A stretch of DNA of 64,000 nucleotides from Eledone cirrhosa (lineage: Eukaryota). Location: NCBI GenBank assembly GCA_964016885.1, contig OZ024749.1, positions 34,906,001 to 34,970,000 on the forward strand, written 5' to 3'. The notes under the pieces are model-generated. The model saw nothing but the letters and a program-made list of their open reading frames with translations. It was not told where the DNA came from and made no database searches. Shown piece by piece: positions 62,109-64,000 of this stretch; within the stretch, counting starts at the first letter, position 1; each line of letters begins with the position of its first letter. Position numbers and translations under genes: made by a program.

Positions 62109-62991
62109 GCATACGGAGGGATGAAAGCAAAATGACTTCGACGGAATTCAAACTCAGAACGTAAAGAGCTGTAACTAAAAACCATAGCGACGGAATGTGT
62201 ATATGTTGACAATATATATATATTAACACAATGTGTGGATGTTGACTATGTATATAGACAGGATGTGTAAATACTAACTGCATATATATACACACACAAT
62301 TTGTAGTTATTGAGTGTGTATATCAACATGGTGTGTAGTTATTAACTAGCTACAGAAACAGCAAAGAAGTGGTTCAAATTGACATTGTCTCGTTTATTTT
62401 TTCTTTCAAATCTGTAAGAATTTAATCATTGGTACCAGGAAATATTTTTGATAATTATTTTGCTCATTATATATGCAGGATAAGTTGACAAAATTACGTA
62501 GGTAGGTTATATTTTTAGCAGATCAACTATTCCCCTCATACACCGCATATAATATATAACCTACATTACTAGGCTTGGAAAAATAATTTTTAAACAAAGC
62601 AATATTCAAAATATTTCGTGACCATGGACGACATAATGTCTCCATAAAAACAGATATACTTGAAGGTTGCACTATATTTCAATAATAAACCTGCTGTGAA
62701 CAGGTTTATATAGACATAATTAAGTGTGTGGTTGATTACATAACAACATTAAAGAAATTATTTGCTACTTTCATTCGTCACAAATACGAAAGCGTACGAA
62801 AATATAAAATATGTTGATTGAATAAAAATAGACTCAGTTTTAACATCTTTACCGGAACAAATTAATTGTCTACTTATTTTCAAGGGGATATTAAAATATC
62901 AGGAAACAAATCGCTTCTATATTACTCTAAATCCGAAAAAGGCGAGCTGCTATTAGAATATATATATATTATAAGCAGCGTTCGCTAAGCC

Positions 62992-63063
62992 GGTCTCATG
63001 GTGTAATGGTTAGCACTCTGGACTTTGAATCCAGCGATCCGAGTTCAAATCTCGGTGAGACCT
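62992..63063 (+). tRNA. tRNA-Gln(TTG)
   Basis: GGTCTCATGGTGTAATGGTTAGCACTCTGGACTTTGAATCCAGCGATCCGAGTTCAAATCTCGGTGAGACCT; full cloverleaf; T6 Pol III terminator just downstream. Confidence 0.97.
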
Positions 63064-63428
63064 TAGTATTTTTTGCGCTAAAGTGAGAGTATTTTTTAAA
63101 TTTAATTTTTAAAATAACGTTTAAATAGGCTAACGTATGACGTATTTCATTTTTACTCGGATTATAAATATGTTAAATTTGATATTTAGTTATGGATACA
63201 TGTGCAAGCTATAAAGCAGCAAGTTGAGTTTTCAATGCTGGTTTTACTGACATCTCTAATGGCAAGGATTGAACATCACAACTTCCCATCTTGATTCCAA
63301 ATGTGTGGCTTGGTGCCAAAAATAACAGAAAACGAAAAATTGAAGAGCTCTACGCACAAGAAATTGAAACCAAAAAATATATTTGAATTTAAAATACATA
63401 AAAATTTACAGGGGAAAAAAATATGAAC

Positions 63429-63500
63429 CTCCCCGGCGGGGAATCGAACCCCGGTCTCCCGCGTGACAGGCGGGGATACTTACCACTATACTACCGAGGA
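63429..63500 (-). tRNA. tRNA-Asp(GTC)
   Basis: TCCTCGGTAGTATAGTGGTAAGTATCCCCGCCTGTCACGCGGGAGACCGGGGTTCGATTCCCCGCCGGGGAG; T-run terminator downstream. Confidence 0.97.
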
Positions 63501-64000
63501 CTGGTTGCTGTCTGCTAATTGTTATTAAAGTATATATAATGGTAGGATGGTCAATTGCATGAAGTCGTATTTTTAGAATGAAGTAGCGAGACGAGATAGT
63601 TTTTACACGCTTGGAAGAAATATTTATATGAAACGTTCGTGCTTTTGAATAAAGGATGAATGTTAGTTAAGCAATGTTCAGTGTGTTTTATTGAAATTTT
63701 CTTCATAGTTACCACAAATATTTCATTCGCCTTTGATCGAAATATAAACAGTTTCGATGTCCGTTAACCGAGTTATTTCTTCTAATTTAAAGCGGAGCTT
63801 ACGTTAAAAGTAGAAAACTGAAGAGAAGAAAACATTCAACATCTTAACTAATAAATGTGTTTTTGTATTAAGAAAAATAATAAAACCTTCGCAGAACGTG
63901 TCCCTAGATTTGACGTTAACGAATCGCCGGCATGGGAGGATGTGAAAAACATAACCTAGACAGTAAATCATTTCATTTACAGATAAATATATAAATACAA

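Overview
AT-rich, microsatellite- and repeat-dense animal genomic DNA. The repeat complement and intron-rich genes suggest a coleoid cephalopod (Octopus-like); this is inferred, not established. Three spliced genes can be rebuilt exon by exon. WTAP/fl(2)d lies on the - strand (7 coding exons, 24554->3496, ~660 aa). Mitochondrial Mn-SOD (SOD2) lies on the + strand (4 coding exons, 28405->40585, ~238 aa), head-to-head with WTAP. GNB1L lies on the - strand (2 coding exons, 46162->44509, ~319 aa). The last SOD2 intron holds an intact RTE-clade LINE (1038 aa; APE + RT with a PHD-like finger) preceded by a ~2.8 kb hierarchical tandem array. tRNA-Gln(TTG) and tRNA-Asp(GTC) lie convergently near the right end. 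The least expected signal is a set of minimal type I hammerhead ribozyme motifs from at least three sequence families (9.5, 48.3 and 60.8 kb; degenerate copies at 21.2-21.4 kb). Several are built into long inverted repeats, and some are in sense orientation inside WTAP introns. All alignments and folds were done by eye, so repeat boundaries are approximate.
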